Shown one piece after another: positions 17,091-25,280 of a DNA stretch of 33,855 bases. The translations under genes were made by a program, and so were the position numbers. Source of the stretch: a bacterium (GTDB lineage: Bacteria > Bacteroidota > Ignavibacteria > Kapaibacteriales > UBA961); the NCBI GenBank assembly GCA_022844575.1, contig JALHLL010000004.1, positions 1 through 33,855 on the forward strand. The letters run 5' to 3'. The notes under the pieces were generated by a model. It was not told where the DNA came from. It saw only the letters and a list, made by a program, of their open reading frames with translations, and did no database searches. Each line of letters begins with the position of its first letter. The stretch's first letter is position 1.

Positions 17091-17615
17091 TTATTTTTTT
17101 GGCGCCGGTGGCTCCATTACCATTCCGCAAGATGTACAAGTACGCAACTCCGTCGAACCATAAAATTTCTCAAAAATCGGAGGTAACTGTTTAACAATAT
17201 CAGTTAAAGGTAAAAATTCCTCATATAATTTATTGCCACAGTGTTCACAAAACCACATAAAAGCATCTAATTCCTTTACTTCTCTTTTTCTTTCAATTAC
17301 CAAACCCACCGTATCGGCTCCACGTTGGGGCGAATGCGGTGTTCTTGGTGGTAATAAGAATATCTCACCTTCTCGAATATGTATATCGCGTGGTACACCT
17401 TCGTCTATAATCTTTACCGTTATATCACCCTCAAGCTGATAAAAAAATTCCTCTCCCTCATTGTAGTGATAATCTTTCCGCGAATTGGGTCCACCCACCA
17501 CCATAATAATAAATTCAGTATCCTGATAAACGGTAGCATTGCCTACCGGCGGCTTTAATAAATGACGATGTTCGTCAATCCATTGCCTAAAATTAAAAGG
17601 TGATTGAACTGCCAT
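17091..17615 (-). CDS. nbaC: 3-hydroxyanthranilate 3,4-dioxygenase (kynurenine pathway, cupin)
   Basis: FNFRQWIDEHRHLLKPPVGN, VVGGPNSRKDYH, EGEEFFYQLEGD, IREGEIFLLPPRTPHSPQR, VGLVIERKR, and a C-terminal Cys4 site (CEHCGN...CTSCG), as in bacterial HAO. Confidence 0.9.
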   Translation of the reverse strand: MAVQSPFNFRQWIDEHRHLLKPPVGNATVYQDTEFIIMVVGGPNSRKDYHYNEGEEFFYQLEGDITVKIIDEGVPRDIHIREGEIFLLPPRTPHSPQRGADTVGLVIERKREVKELDAFMWFCEHCGNKLYEEFLPLTDIVKQLPPIFEKFYGSTELRTCTSCGMVMEPPAPKK

Positions 17616-17665
17616 GTATTTTCCTTATATCAATATTTATACTATAGAACAATTTTCACAATACA

Positions 17666-17851
17666 TTATACACGTACATCCAAGCGTTCGCCGTTTTTTA
17701 TTTGTTCCTGCGCAATTATTTGCGGATTGTTTTTCAACATTTCCAATAATTGCTGTTGGAGTGAATTCTCATCCGTTAATTGTTTCAGAACATATAATGA
17801 CCCAACGGATTGATTATCAATAATTTTGTTCTGTATAGTTGATACATTCAT
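17666..17851 (-). CDS. Small YjfB-like 'putative motility protein' family candidate
   Basis: 61 aa. The central ...LQQQLLEML... and the C-terminal ...NGERLDVRV resemble the YjfB family consensus (recalled, not searched). Confidence 0.45.
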   Translation of the reverse strand: MNVSTIQNKIIDNQSVGSLYVLKQLTDENSLQQQLLEMLKNNPQIIAQEQIKNGERLDVRV

Positions 17852-17866
17852 AACAAAAACTCTCTA

Positions 17867-18874
17867 TTATTGCTTATAATGTTTTTCATAATAATTCCGA
17901 TACTCTCCGCTCCGAACATTATTACACCATTCCATATTGTTACAATACCACTCTATTGTGGAGCTCAAACCTTCATCGAATGTTATTTCAGGTTTCCAAT
18001 TTAATTCAGTTCTTATTTTTGTTGCATCTATTGCATAACGTCTGTCATGTCCGGGTCTGTCTTTTACATATTGTATAAGAGATTCCGACTTATTTAATGC
18101 CTTCAGAATCATTTTCACAACAGTAATATTATTCTGTTCGGACGAAGCACCTATATTATATACTTCACCTTTTTTACCACTCTTGTAAACCGACCACACA
18201 GCGCTATTATGATCATCCACATGTATCCAATCCCTTACATTCAATCCGTCGCCATATACGGGAAGTGCTTTATCTTCCATAGCATTTAGTATCATTAACG
18301 GAATTAATTTTTCGGGAAATTGCATCGCTCCGTAATTATTGGAACACCTTGTAATACTTGCATTAACACCATACGTATGCACAAATGACATAACAAAATG
18401 GTCGGCAGATGCCTTAGAAGCAGAATATGGAGAGGTCGGTTGAATAGGGGTATATTCAGTAAACAAACCATCATTCCCGAGCGAACCATAAACCTCGTCC
18501 GTACTTATTTGCACATAACGCAAATTCAATTCCCTTGCCATATTCAATAATGATACCGTACCCATTACATTACTTAACACAAATGGTGTGGGATCCATTA
18601 TTGATCTGTCCACATGTGTTTCGGCTGCAAAATTTATTATCCCCTCAATATCATATTCCGTACATATTCTTCGTATAATTTCGTTATCCTCAATTCTGCC
18701 TTTTATAAAAGTGCATCGTTCATCCGTTAAGTATTCGGCTATATTTTCCGTATTCCCAGCATAAGTAAGTGCATCGAGAATAACTATCGAATAATCCGTT
18801 TTATTAAGTACAAACCGAACGAAATTGCTACCTATAAATCCGGCTCCACCCGTTATCAATATTCTCTTTATCAT
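17867..18874 (-). CDS. rfbB: dTDP-glucose 4,6-dehydratase
   Basis: ILITGGAGFIGSNFVR (Rossmann fold), catalytic YSASKASADH, and ...DRPGHDRRYAID typical of RmlB/RfbB. Confidence 0.9.
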   Translation of the reverse strand: MIKRILITGGAGFIGSNFVRFVLNKTDYSIVILDALTYAGNTENIAEYLTDERCTFIKGRIEDNEIIRRICTEYDIEGIINFAAETHVDRSIMDPTPFVLSNVMGTVSLLNMARELNLRYVQISTDEVYGSLGNDGLFTEYTPIQPTSPYSASKASADHFVMSFVHTYGVNASITRCSNNYGAMQFPEKLIPLMILNAMEDKALPVYGDGLNVRDWIHVDDHNSAVWSVYKSGKKGEVYNIGASSEQNNITVVKMILKALNKSESLIQYVKDRPGHDRRYAIDATKIRTELNWKPEITFDEGLSSTIEWYCNNMEWCNNVRSGEYRNYYEKHYKQ

Positions 18875-18911
18875 TCTTTTTTATTATATATTTTTGATGA
18901 AGTTTAATAAA

Positions 18912-20672
18912 TCAGGGCATTTTTCCCTTTTTTGAAAGTGCTATCGTTATTTCGACACGCCTTTTTGCTGAGTCATCTTTTTCCTCATCGGCATCAATGC
19001 CTTTTCCTGCAGTTCTCCACAGAATTTTTTTCTTGTACTTTCTATATGATTCCAATTGTTCGATTTTTGTTTGAAGCCATTTTGCCGTAAAATAAGCACG
19101 TAATGCCGATAATGTTTCATTAGTCATAGGTGCACCACGTTCCATGTGAAAATCAAAGGCATTGTCGTCAATCGTTGTGGCACTATATCGAGCTTTTTCA
19201 TAAATGCCTCGGGGGTCTGAAAAACCCGTTACCGTTATTGTTAACTCCTTATTGTCATCCGTGCACACCCCATTATCAAGTAGTTCCAAACGTTCGGCAA
19301 TAAATGAATACGCATCGTACAAGGCACTATCTACTGAAAACGCATAATTGTTGTATTCAGTACCCGGTTTTTCAATATATCGGGTTGAATCATCATTGCC
19401 TATTAAGCCATACGAAAATTTAAGTCGGAGTGCTTCTAAATTTTCGGTTGTATTCGGTAAATAATAACCGCCTACAAAAAATGGTACATCATATTTTTCA
19501 AAAGTAAAAACAAAATCCTTTTTCTCAACATTAAATTCCAAAGCCAATGCTACTGCGCTTGCCTCATCACAAGGTGTCGTAATTCGTTTTTCATGCCTCC
19601 CCGGTACACAGGGCGATTCATATCGTACGATAAGATAACGCCGTGAGGGGACATTAAAACGAAAATAACCATTATCGGCGACAGGTGTTTGCGCATACAC
19701 TTTTCCGGTCACATCAACCGTAGTAATTGTACCGGAAGCACCTGCGCCATCCAGTGTATTTACCTTACCACTTACTATAACCGGACCACAAAGTTCAAAA
19801 CGGTATAAGTCATATCCCCCAAACCCACCCGCTCTGTCGGAAGCAAAAAACAAACTATCCCCCCAAACTGCTGCATTTACTTCATTGTATTCAGAGTTAA
19901 GCGGTTCCGGCATTGTCCGTGCATTCACCCAACCTCTTTCCGTTGCGTCGGTAATAATTATATCAAAGTCATTCCTTTTAGAATACCCCTTCGAGGCAAA
20001 CATCAAAGCCCCATCATTGGAAAGCGATGGCGTAAATTCATCTTTTGGCGTATTAAGCGTATCTCCTATATTCACCGGATCCGACCAACCTTTTTGTGTC
20101 CTATACACTTTGTAAATATCAATACCGCCTATTCCGCCTTCACGATCGGAAGCAAAAAGGAAATAAGAGCCGTCAGGTGCGAAGAAGGGTTGAGAATCCC
20201 ATACCTCCGAGTTTACCGACTTCGGTAAGGGTATCGGTTTGCTCCATGTATTTCCTTTTTTTACAGCATAGAATATATCAACATCCGGCTTCGGATTGCC
20301 CGGCTGCAATGGGGCTGCAAAAAGTAGTTCCTTTTGTTTTGTTATCGGATTGGTATAAAGCGAAGGATAACCGCTACCTGCAAATTCTTCCAAAGGAAAC
20401 TCATCGGCAAAGCGCGGTTCCGAAAAGCCCTCTGATGTTTGTGTAGAAAAATACGATGCCTGTTCCATCGGTTTTCTATCACCCTGCCACTCTCGGTTTG
20501 TAGAGCTGAATAACAAGGTTTTTTCATTATGGCGAAACGGTGCATACTCATCGGAACTCGTATTGACCGTACCACCCAGGTTACCTTCGGCAGTCGCTTC
20601 GCCTTTAGGCGATGTACTACATCCGCATAGCCCTAAGTGAATAATAACTATTATACCGAGGATACTCTTCAT
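18912..20672 (-). CDS. Lipoprotein with PD40/TolB-like repeats, a CarboxypepD_reg-like beta-sandwich and a degenerate OmpA-like C-terminal domain
   Basis: Lipobox HLGLCGCS. Repeats of the type DEYAPF..., DSQPFFAPDGSYFLFASDREGGIGGIDIY and FFASDRAGGFGGYDLY. VSGKVNTLDG...YFRFNVPS. C-terminus TVTGFSDPRG...LSALRAYF...AKRRVEITI. Confidence 0.75.
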   Translation of the reverse strand: MKSILGIIVIIHLGLCGCSTSPKGEATAEGNLGGTVNTSSDEYAPFRHNEKTLLFSSTNREWQGDRKPMEQASYFSTQTSEGFSEPRFADEFPLEEFAGSGYPSLYTNPITKQKELLFAAPLQPGNPKPDVDIFYAVKKGNTWSKPIPLPKSVNSEVWDSQPFFAPDGSYFLFASDREGGIGGIDIYKVYRTQKGWSDPVNIGDTLNTPKDEFTPSLSNDGALMFASKGYSKRNDFDIIITDATERGWVNARTMPEPLNSEYNEVNAAVWGDSLFFASDRAGGFGGYDLYRFELCGPVIVSGKVNTLDGAGASGTITTVDVTGKVYAQTPVADNGYFRFNVPSRRYLIVRYESPCVPGRHEKRITTPCDEASAVALALEFNVEKKDFVFTFEKYDVPFFVGGYYLPNTTENLEALRLKFSYGLIGNDDSTRYIEKPGTEYNNYAFSVDSALYDAYSFIAERLELLDNGVCTDDNKELTITVTGFSDPRGIYEKARYSATTIDDNAFDFHMERGAPMTNETLSALRAYFTAKWLQTKIEQLESYRKYKKKILWRTAGKGIDADEEKDDSAKRRVEITIALSKKGKMP

Positions 20673-20696
20673 TATCTGTCAATTGTCATAATTGCA

Positions 20697-20704
20697 CAAA
20701 TTTA
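20697..20704 (-). promoter_or_regulatory. Bacteroidota-type -7 box TAAATTTG (TAnnTTTG) upstream of 18912..20672
   Basis: Plus strand caaattta, which is minus strand TAAATTTG, 24 nt upstream of the ATG at 20672. Motif match only. Confidence 0.35.
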
Positions 20705-20829
20705 CGGAGTCATGTCATGCTCTCCGCATGATGATTGAGTGTTTTTCATAATAAATACCCTGTGTCATAGGATATTGTCGCATAAATGACGTATTTTGTA
20801 TATATAATCACTTTTTAAGCCAAGCAAAT

Positions 20830-21702
20830 ATGCTGAAATACAAAGCAGACATTAAGACATTACTTTTTCTCACTGCGACAACTCTTATGCTTATAGGTCA
20901 GTGGACATATGGCTTTCACCCTGTTTCATATATCGTATCTCTTTACTTAGCAATCACGGTAGCAGTTATAGCACACAATCACAATCATGTTCCGATGTGG
21001 GACTCTCAACTTCTTAATACACTTACGGACTATTGGATAACATTGTTTTACGGTTTTCCTGTATTTGCATGGATACCGACTCACAATAGAAATCATCACA
21101 AATTCAATAATCGAGAAGGTGACCATACAATAACATATCGCCTTAGTGAAAACAATAATATTTTCACTTTGTTGAGCTACCCTACCATTAGCAGTTATTA
21201 TCAGCAAAGTCCTATAATGGGATACTTGCGCGACTTAAAGAAACGTAACCGCTCAAAGTTCTATCAAGCGATATTTCAATATGTGGCATTAGCCCTTTTC
21301 ATAGGTATTGCACTCTTTTCGGATTGGGAAAAAGCTCTACTATATATAGTTATACCTCATCAAATCGCTTTATTCTCGGTTCTTATATTCAACTATATTC
21401 AGCATGTTCATGCCGACGAAGAATCTGACTTTAATCATTCGAGAAATTTTGTAAGTCCGCTTACAAATTGGATGTTATTTAATAATGGACTCCATACGGT
21501 TCACCATCAGCGAGCAAATACACATTGGAGCGAACTGCGGGCAGCACATAACAAAGTTGAACATCTCATTGATAAATCCTTGTTAGAGCGTGGTTTTTGG
21601 CCTTATATCATTCGTGCATACATTATTGCACCTTTTGCACCATCTTTAAAAACGGTGTCAATGCGTTTGATGCGCATGGCTCGTGAAAGAAGTACAGTCT
21701 AA
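20830..21702 (+). CDS. Membrane fatty-acid desaturase/hydroxylase-superfamily protein (three His boxes)
   Basis: 290 aa with about 4 hydrophobic segments. His boxes AHNHNH, HNRNHH and HTVHH, plus QHVH. Confidence 0.75.
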   Translation: MLKYKADIKTLLFLTATTLMLIGQWTYGFHPVSYIVSLYLAITVAVIAHNHNHVPMWDSQLLNTLTDYWITLFYGFPVFAWIPTHNRNHHKFNNREGDHTITYRLSENNNIFTLLSYPTISSYYQQSPIMGYLRDLKKRNRSKFYQAIFQYVALALFIGIALFSDWEKALLYIVIPHQIALFSVLIFNYIQHVHADEESDFNHSRNFVSPLTNWMLFNNGLHTVHHQRANTHWSELRAAHNKVEHLIDKSLLERGFWPYIIRAYIIAPFAPSLKTVSMRLMRMARERSTV

Positions 21703-21726
21703 AATTCAGTTGAACAATTCTATTAT

Positions 21727-21758
21727 AAGAAGAGCCGATTAGATAATCGGCTCTTCTT
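21727..21758. terminator. Bidirectional intrinsic-terminator-like hairpin between convergent genes
   Basis: Perfect 14-bp stem aagaagagccgatt (21727..21740) / aatcggctcttctt (21745..21758) with loop agat. T-rich on the plus side after the stem. Confidence 0.7.
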
Positions 21759-21782
21759 ATTTATCATTCGTATTGTATGACA

Positions 21783-22700
21783 TTACCACAAACTGAAATT
21801 TATACCTACCCCCGCACGATATCCCCTCAAAGTCTCAAGGGCACCTGCCGCGTATAAATACCCGAATTGAGCACTGATAAAGGTATTCTGCTCGGAAAAC
21901 AACCACACACCAATTAACGGAGTCACTTGAAATGTTGTTCCTGACAATCGCTGATAAACTGAACCACATTCGAAACCGAAATAGGGTACAAAGAATTTTC
22001 GAATTGGGTTGCGTTCAACCGATAGGTGTACACCAAGATTAAACAAAAACGCAAGGCCGACTGTGTCAATACTCGAATTCATCATATCAAGGCGCATGTA
22101 AACCTTACTGTGACTTGGACCTGTGTTGTTATTCTTGTGAATACCACCATAAAAAAGATACTCGACACCAACTCCGGTAAAGTATCCTAAAGATTTATCG
22201 GCAGGGGCATAATAGACACCGTTTATACCCGGTAAAAGTGACGTTTTCCACTCCTCATTAACTTTAAAACTAATCGTTATCGAATCTGTAAAACGACCGT
22301 TTGTCACGATTGCTTTTATCTTGTAGATTCCTGATTTTATATTGGGTTTCTCCCATAATAACTTCTTCAAGTCCTCGTCAAACTGCATTTCTTCGGGTAA
22401 ACCAGAAAAAGTCCACTTGAACTCTTTTTTCCTTCTTTTATACACTGAATCATATCTATTTGTAAAATAGAATACGAACCCTATAGTACTTTCGTTACTT
22501 TTAAACTCCTTTTCCAGAATCAAACTCGCTCCATTGTTAGTTCGATAAAGGTTTGAAGTAGCTTTTAGATGAAATTGTTCATTTTCGAATAAACTGTCTA
22601 AAAATTTATCCGTAAACTGGCTCGTACCTATTACTTTCCCAAATGTCACCAACGGTGCTACATTGTATACAAGGATTACCAATATTACTACTCTTATCAT
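21783..22700 (-). CDS. Hypothetical envelope protein: signal/anchor, Ig-like (He_PIG-like) domain and a C-terminal beta-barrel-like domain
   Basis: Start chosen at MIRVVILVILVYNVAPLV (22700) because the longer ORF runs through the gltA terminator. WTFSGLPEEMQFDEDLKKLLWEKPNIKSGIYKIKAIVTNG resembles putative Ig domains. Ends ...GVGINFSLW. Confidence 0.55.
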   Translation of the reverse strand: MIRVVILVILVYNVAPLVTFGKVIGTSQFTDKFLDSLFENEQFHLKATSNLYRTNNGASLILEKEFKSNESTIGFVFYFTNRYDSVYKRRKKEFKWTFSGLPEEMQFDEDLKKLLWEKPNIKSGIYKIKAIVTNGRFTDSITISFKVNEEWKTSLLPGINGVYYAPADKSLGYFTGVGVEYLFYGGIHKNNNTGPSHSKVYMRLDMMNSSIDTVGLAFLFNLGVHLSVERNPIRKFFVPYFGFECGSVYQRLSGTTFQVTPLIGVWLFSEQNTFISAQFGYLYAAGALETLRGYRAGVGINFSLW

Positions 22701-22774
22701 ATAAATAGACAAACTGAATATTGAAAAAATACGATGATCACACTCAAAATACAACAACCTTACGTTTTGATATA

Positions 22775-22814
22775 CAGAAAATAAAAAAGTCACCCCGAAT
22801 TATCAGGATGACTT
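22775..22814 (-). terminator. Rho-independent terminator of citrate synthase
   Basis: Minus strand reads aagtcatcc-tgataattc-gggtgactt (9-bp stem with one G.U pair) followed by ttttattttct. It lies 25 nt after the stop at 22839. Confidence 0.6.
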
Positions 22815-22838
22815 CTTACACTTTTGAGTATCAGCTAT

Positions 22839-24113
22839 TCATTTTGCAGCTGCTGCTTGTAATTGTGCAAATGTCATTGATTTCGGACGAACAATCGGCG
22901 AACCAGCCATACGGTGGAATAGTATTTGCGAACCGATGCCCATAGCACGTGAAACGCCGAACATAACGGTATAAAACTCAAATTCAGTCATACCGTAATG
23001 ATACAAAAGCGAGCCGCTTGCAGCATCAACATTCGGCCAAGGGTTGCTTGCCTTGCCTTGTTCTTTTAGCACTTGCGGAACAATATCAAACAATTTTTTC
23101 ATGATGTCAATATTCTCATCACTCAAATTATGCTTTTCCGCAAATTGATGGAATGCCGTAAAGCGCGGATCGGTAACACGGAGAACCGCATGACCATAAC
23201 CCGGAATTACTTGTCCGTTATTCAAACGATTCCAAGTGAATTCACGCATCTGCTCATCGGTCGGAACACCGTTAAAATGATTACGAATATCTATAATAAA
23301 CCCTAAACATTCCTGATTTGCCAAGCCGTGTAAAGGACCGGCCAAACCGTTCAATCCCGCAGCCATTGAATAGAATACATCACTCAAAGCCGAACTAACT
23401 GTATGCGCTGTCATTGCACTGACATTACCGCCTTCATGGTCGCTATGGAGTACCAAGTATAAGCGAATTAAGTCAATCCAATTGGGGTCGGCACTTACGC
23501 CAAGCATATGAGCAAAATTCTCACTCCAAGTAGCTCCCGCCTTCGGTGCAATCAAATCACCTTTATTAAAGCGTATTCTATATATACCTGCAGCAATAGC
23601 CGATATTGCACCGAGTAGTGTTATACAGTCTTCAAGCGTCGCTTCCCATAATTTATCTTTGCCCGCCCCTTCATCATACGCTTTTCTGAACGCAGATTCC
23701 CGCTCAAGAACGTTCAAAGCCGCACTCAACATTGCCATCGGATGAGAATCGGAAGGCATAGCTCTTAAAACATTCCATATATAGTCCGGAACATGCGACT
23801 TTGCTTCCAAAGCAGCACGAAGTTCTTCAGATTCTTCTTTTGTAGGTCGTGAACCGGTGCACAAAAGGAAAAAACATTCCTCCGCTTCAATATCCGTTAA
23901 TTCGAGAATAGGGATATTACGAATACGCACTCCTTCATCCGCCGAAACTGACGAAGTTTCGCACAATAATGCGGGAAGTCCGCGCATGCCCCCAAGTAAT
24001 GCACCTATCGTTGCTGTGGCAAGTTGTTTTTCACCATGTTCTTTCGCTAATGCAGAACGCTCTGCACGTATCGTCGGTACTATTTCCGTTAAACGCTTTT
24101 TGAACAGTTCCAT
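22839..24113 (-). CDS. gltA: Citrate synthase (mitochondrial/type-I-like)
   Basis: 424 aa. GGMRGLPALLCETSSVSADEGVRIRN, HSDHEGGNVSAMTAH, PGYGHAVLRVTDPR and a ...PRPKS-type C-terminus. The GGMRG...ETS...EG(I/V)R(F/I)R block resembles eukaryote-type enzymes. Confidence 0.9.
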   Translation of the reverse strand: MELFKKRLTEIVPTIRAERSALAKEHGEKQLATATIGALLGGMRGLPALLCETSSVSADEGVRIRNIPILELTDIEAEECFFLLCTGSRPTKEESEELRAALEAKSHVPDYIWNVLRAMPSDSHPMAMLSAALNVLERESAFRKAYDEGAGKDKLWEATLEDCITLLGAISAIAAGIYRIRFNKGDLIAPKAGATWSENFAHMLGVSADPNWIDLIRLYLVLHSDHEGGNVSAMTAHTVSSALSDVFYSMAAGLNGLAGPLHGLANQECLGFIIDIRNHFNGVPTDEQMREFTWNRLNNGQVIPGYGHAVLRVTDPRFTAFHQFAEKHNLSDENIDIMKKLFDIVPQVLKEQGKASNPWPNVDAASGSLLYHYGMTEFEFYTVMFGVSRAMGIGSQILFHRMAGSPIVRPKSMTFAQLQAAAAK

Positions 24114-24191
24114 ACTGTTATTACCTTAGTTATTTGAGTGTGAGAAAGTATAAGATTTCTTGTTGATAGAAGGTGTAAAAGATACACAGTA

Positions 24192-24199
24192 CAAAACTA
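24192..24199 (-). promoter_or_regulatory. Candidate -7 box TAGTTTTG (TAnnTTTG) for citrate synthase
   Basis: Plus strand caaaacta, 78 nt upstream of the ATG at 24113. Motif match only. Confidence 0.3.
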
Positions 24200-24399
24200 C
24201 GGATTTGTTTCCCCTTTTTACGGAATTTCCGGCAAACATATCGCCATAGTTTTACAAAATATGGAAACATATTCGTACATGAATATGCGTATTCGCCGCA
24301 TATCGGAAGAAATAACTCTTGAACAACCCAAAAAAATGATGCGATGGTATTCCCAAGATAAACTTGGAATACAATTTTTCGGAAAGACAAAGAAAAAAA

Positions 24400-25107
24400 T
24401 TATGGTCTGAAACGATAGCCGACACCCTTTACGGTTTCGATATATCCACCGTATTTTCCGAGTTTTTCACGTACCTTCGAGACATGTACATCCACTGTTC
24501 TATCAACTACAAAAACGCTTTCTCCCCAAATTCTTTTTAACAGCGATTCGCGTGTAAATACTTTGCCTCTGTTTGTGGCAAGAAATGCAAGTAACTCAAA
24601 CTCCTTTTTCGGAAAAAAGGTTTCTGCGCCGCTTACCTTTACGGTATAATTTTGGCGATTGATTTCGATTTCTTCTATCTGTAATATTTCCGGAGCAACT
24701 ATTGTTTCCGTGCGTATTCTTTCTGCCGATCTTCTCATTACCGATTTTACTCTGGCAACAAGCACACGGGGACTCACGGGTTTTTGTATATAGTCGTCCG
24801 CACCAAGTTCCAGTCCGAGTATCTGGTCTATCTCACCCGATTTTGCTGTCAGGAAAATAATGGACGCATTGGCAATATGTGGGGTTTGCCGTATCATTCT
24901 GCATACTTCAAAGCCATCGTAGCCGGGCATCATTACATCCAATATCACTACATCAGGTTGCTCCTGACGCGCTATATCCAAAGCTACCCCGCCATCAGTT
25001 GCCGTAAAAACTGTATAGCCCTCTTTCTTCAAATTATAGGCAACCAATTCCACAATATCCAGCTCATCATCAACAACCAAAATTTTTCTCGGTGTAGGAG
25101 AATTCAT
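24400..25107 (-). CDS. OmpR/PhoB-family response regulator (receiver plus winged-helix domain)
   Basis: KILVVDDELDIVELV..., DVVILDVMMPGYDG, LTAKS, and C-terminal trans_reg_C LLKRIWGESVFVVDRTVDVHVSKVREKL...VKGVGYRF. An alternative start lies at 25122. Confidence 0.9.
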   Translation of the reverse strand: MNSPTPRKILVVDDELDIVELVAYNLKKEGYTVFTATDGGVALDIARQEQPDVVILDVMMPGYDGFEVCRMIRQTPHIANASIIFLTAKSGEIDQILGLELGADDYIQKPVSPRVLVARVKSVMRRSAERIRTETIVAPEILQIEEIEINRQNYTVKVSGAETFFPKKEFELLAFLATNRGKVFTRESLLKRIWGESVFVVDRTVDVHVSKVREKLGKYGGYIETVKGVGYRFRP

Positions 25108-25140
25108 CAATATCCATTTCAAAAGTGAAGCAATATTTCA

Positions 25141-25148
25141 CAAAATTA
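25141..25148 (-). promoter_or_regulatory. Candidate -7 box TAATTTTG for the response-regulator gene
   Basis: Plus strand caaaatta, which is minus strand TAATTTTG, 18 nt (or 33 nt) upstream of the candidate ATG codons. Confidence 0.35.
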
Positions 25149-25249
25149 CCGTTTTATGAAACCTTAATTCCGTTAAGATTCGGTAATACGGATATGGCGT
25201 TCAACATCAAACGCTAAGTTTTTCCTCAAACCGTCTTCCCAAAAAGGCG

Positions 25250-25257
25250 TAATTTTG
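25250..25257 (+). promoter_or_regulatory. Candidate -7 box TAATTTTG for glutathione peroxidase
   Basis: TAATTTTG lies 23 nt upstream of the ATG at 25281. The octamer is identical to the divergent one at 25141..25148. Confidence 0.35.
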
Positions 25258-25280
25258 CGTTTCATCCGATAATCAGATTT

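Noticed and set aside
17604-17823. Plus-strand ORFs 17604..17813 and 17614..17823, opposite the small YjfB-like ORF
   Set aside because: They overlap each other and the dioxygenase start. Their hydrophobic, low-complexity translations have no start context, and the minus-strand reading has the family-like C-terminus.
24130-24390. 86-aa minus-strand ORF filling the gap between the response regulator and citrate synthase
   Set aside because: Its Phe/Tyr/Cys/Lys-rich sequence is typical of AT-rich non-coding DNA. It would span the regulator's 3' region and the candidate gltA promoter box, and it has no recognisable motif.
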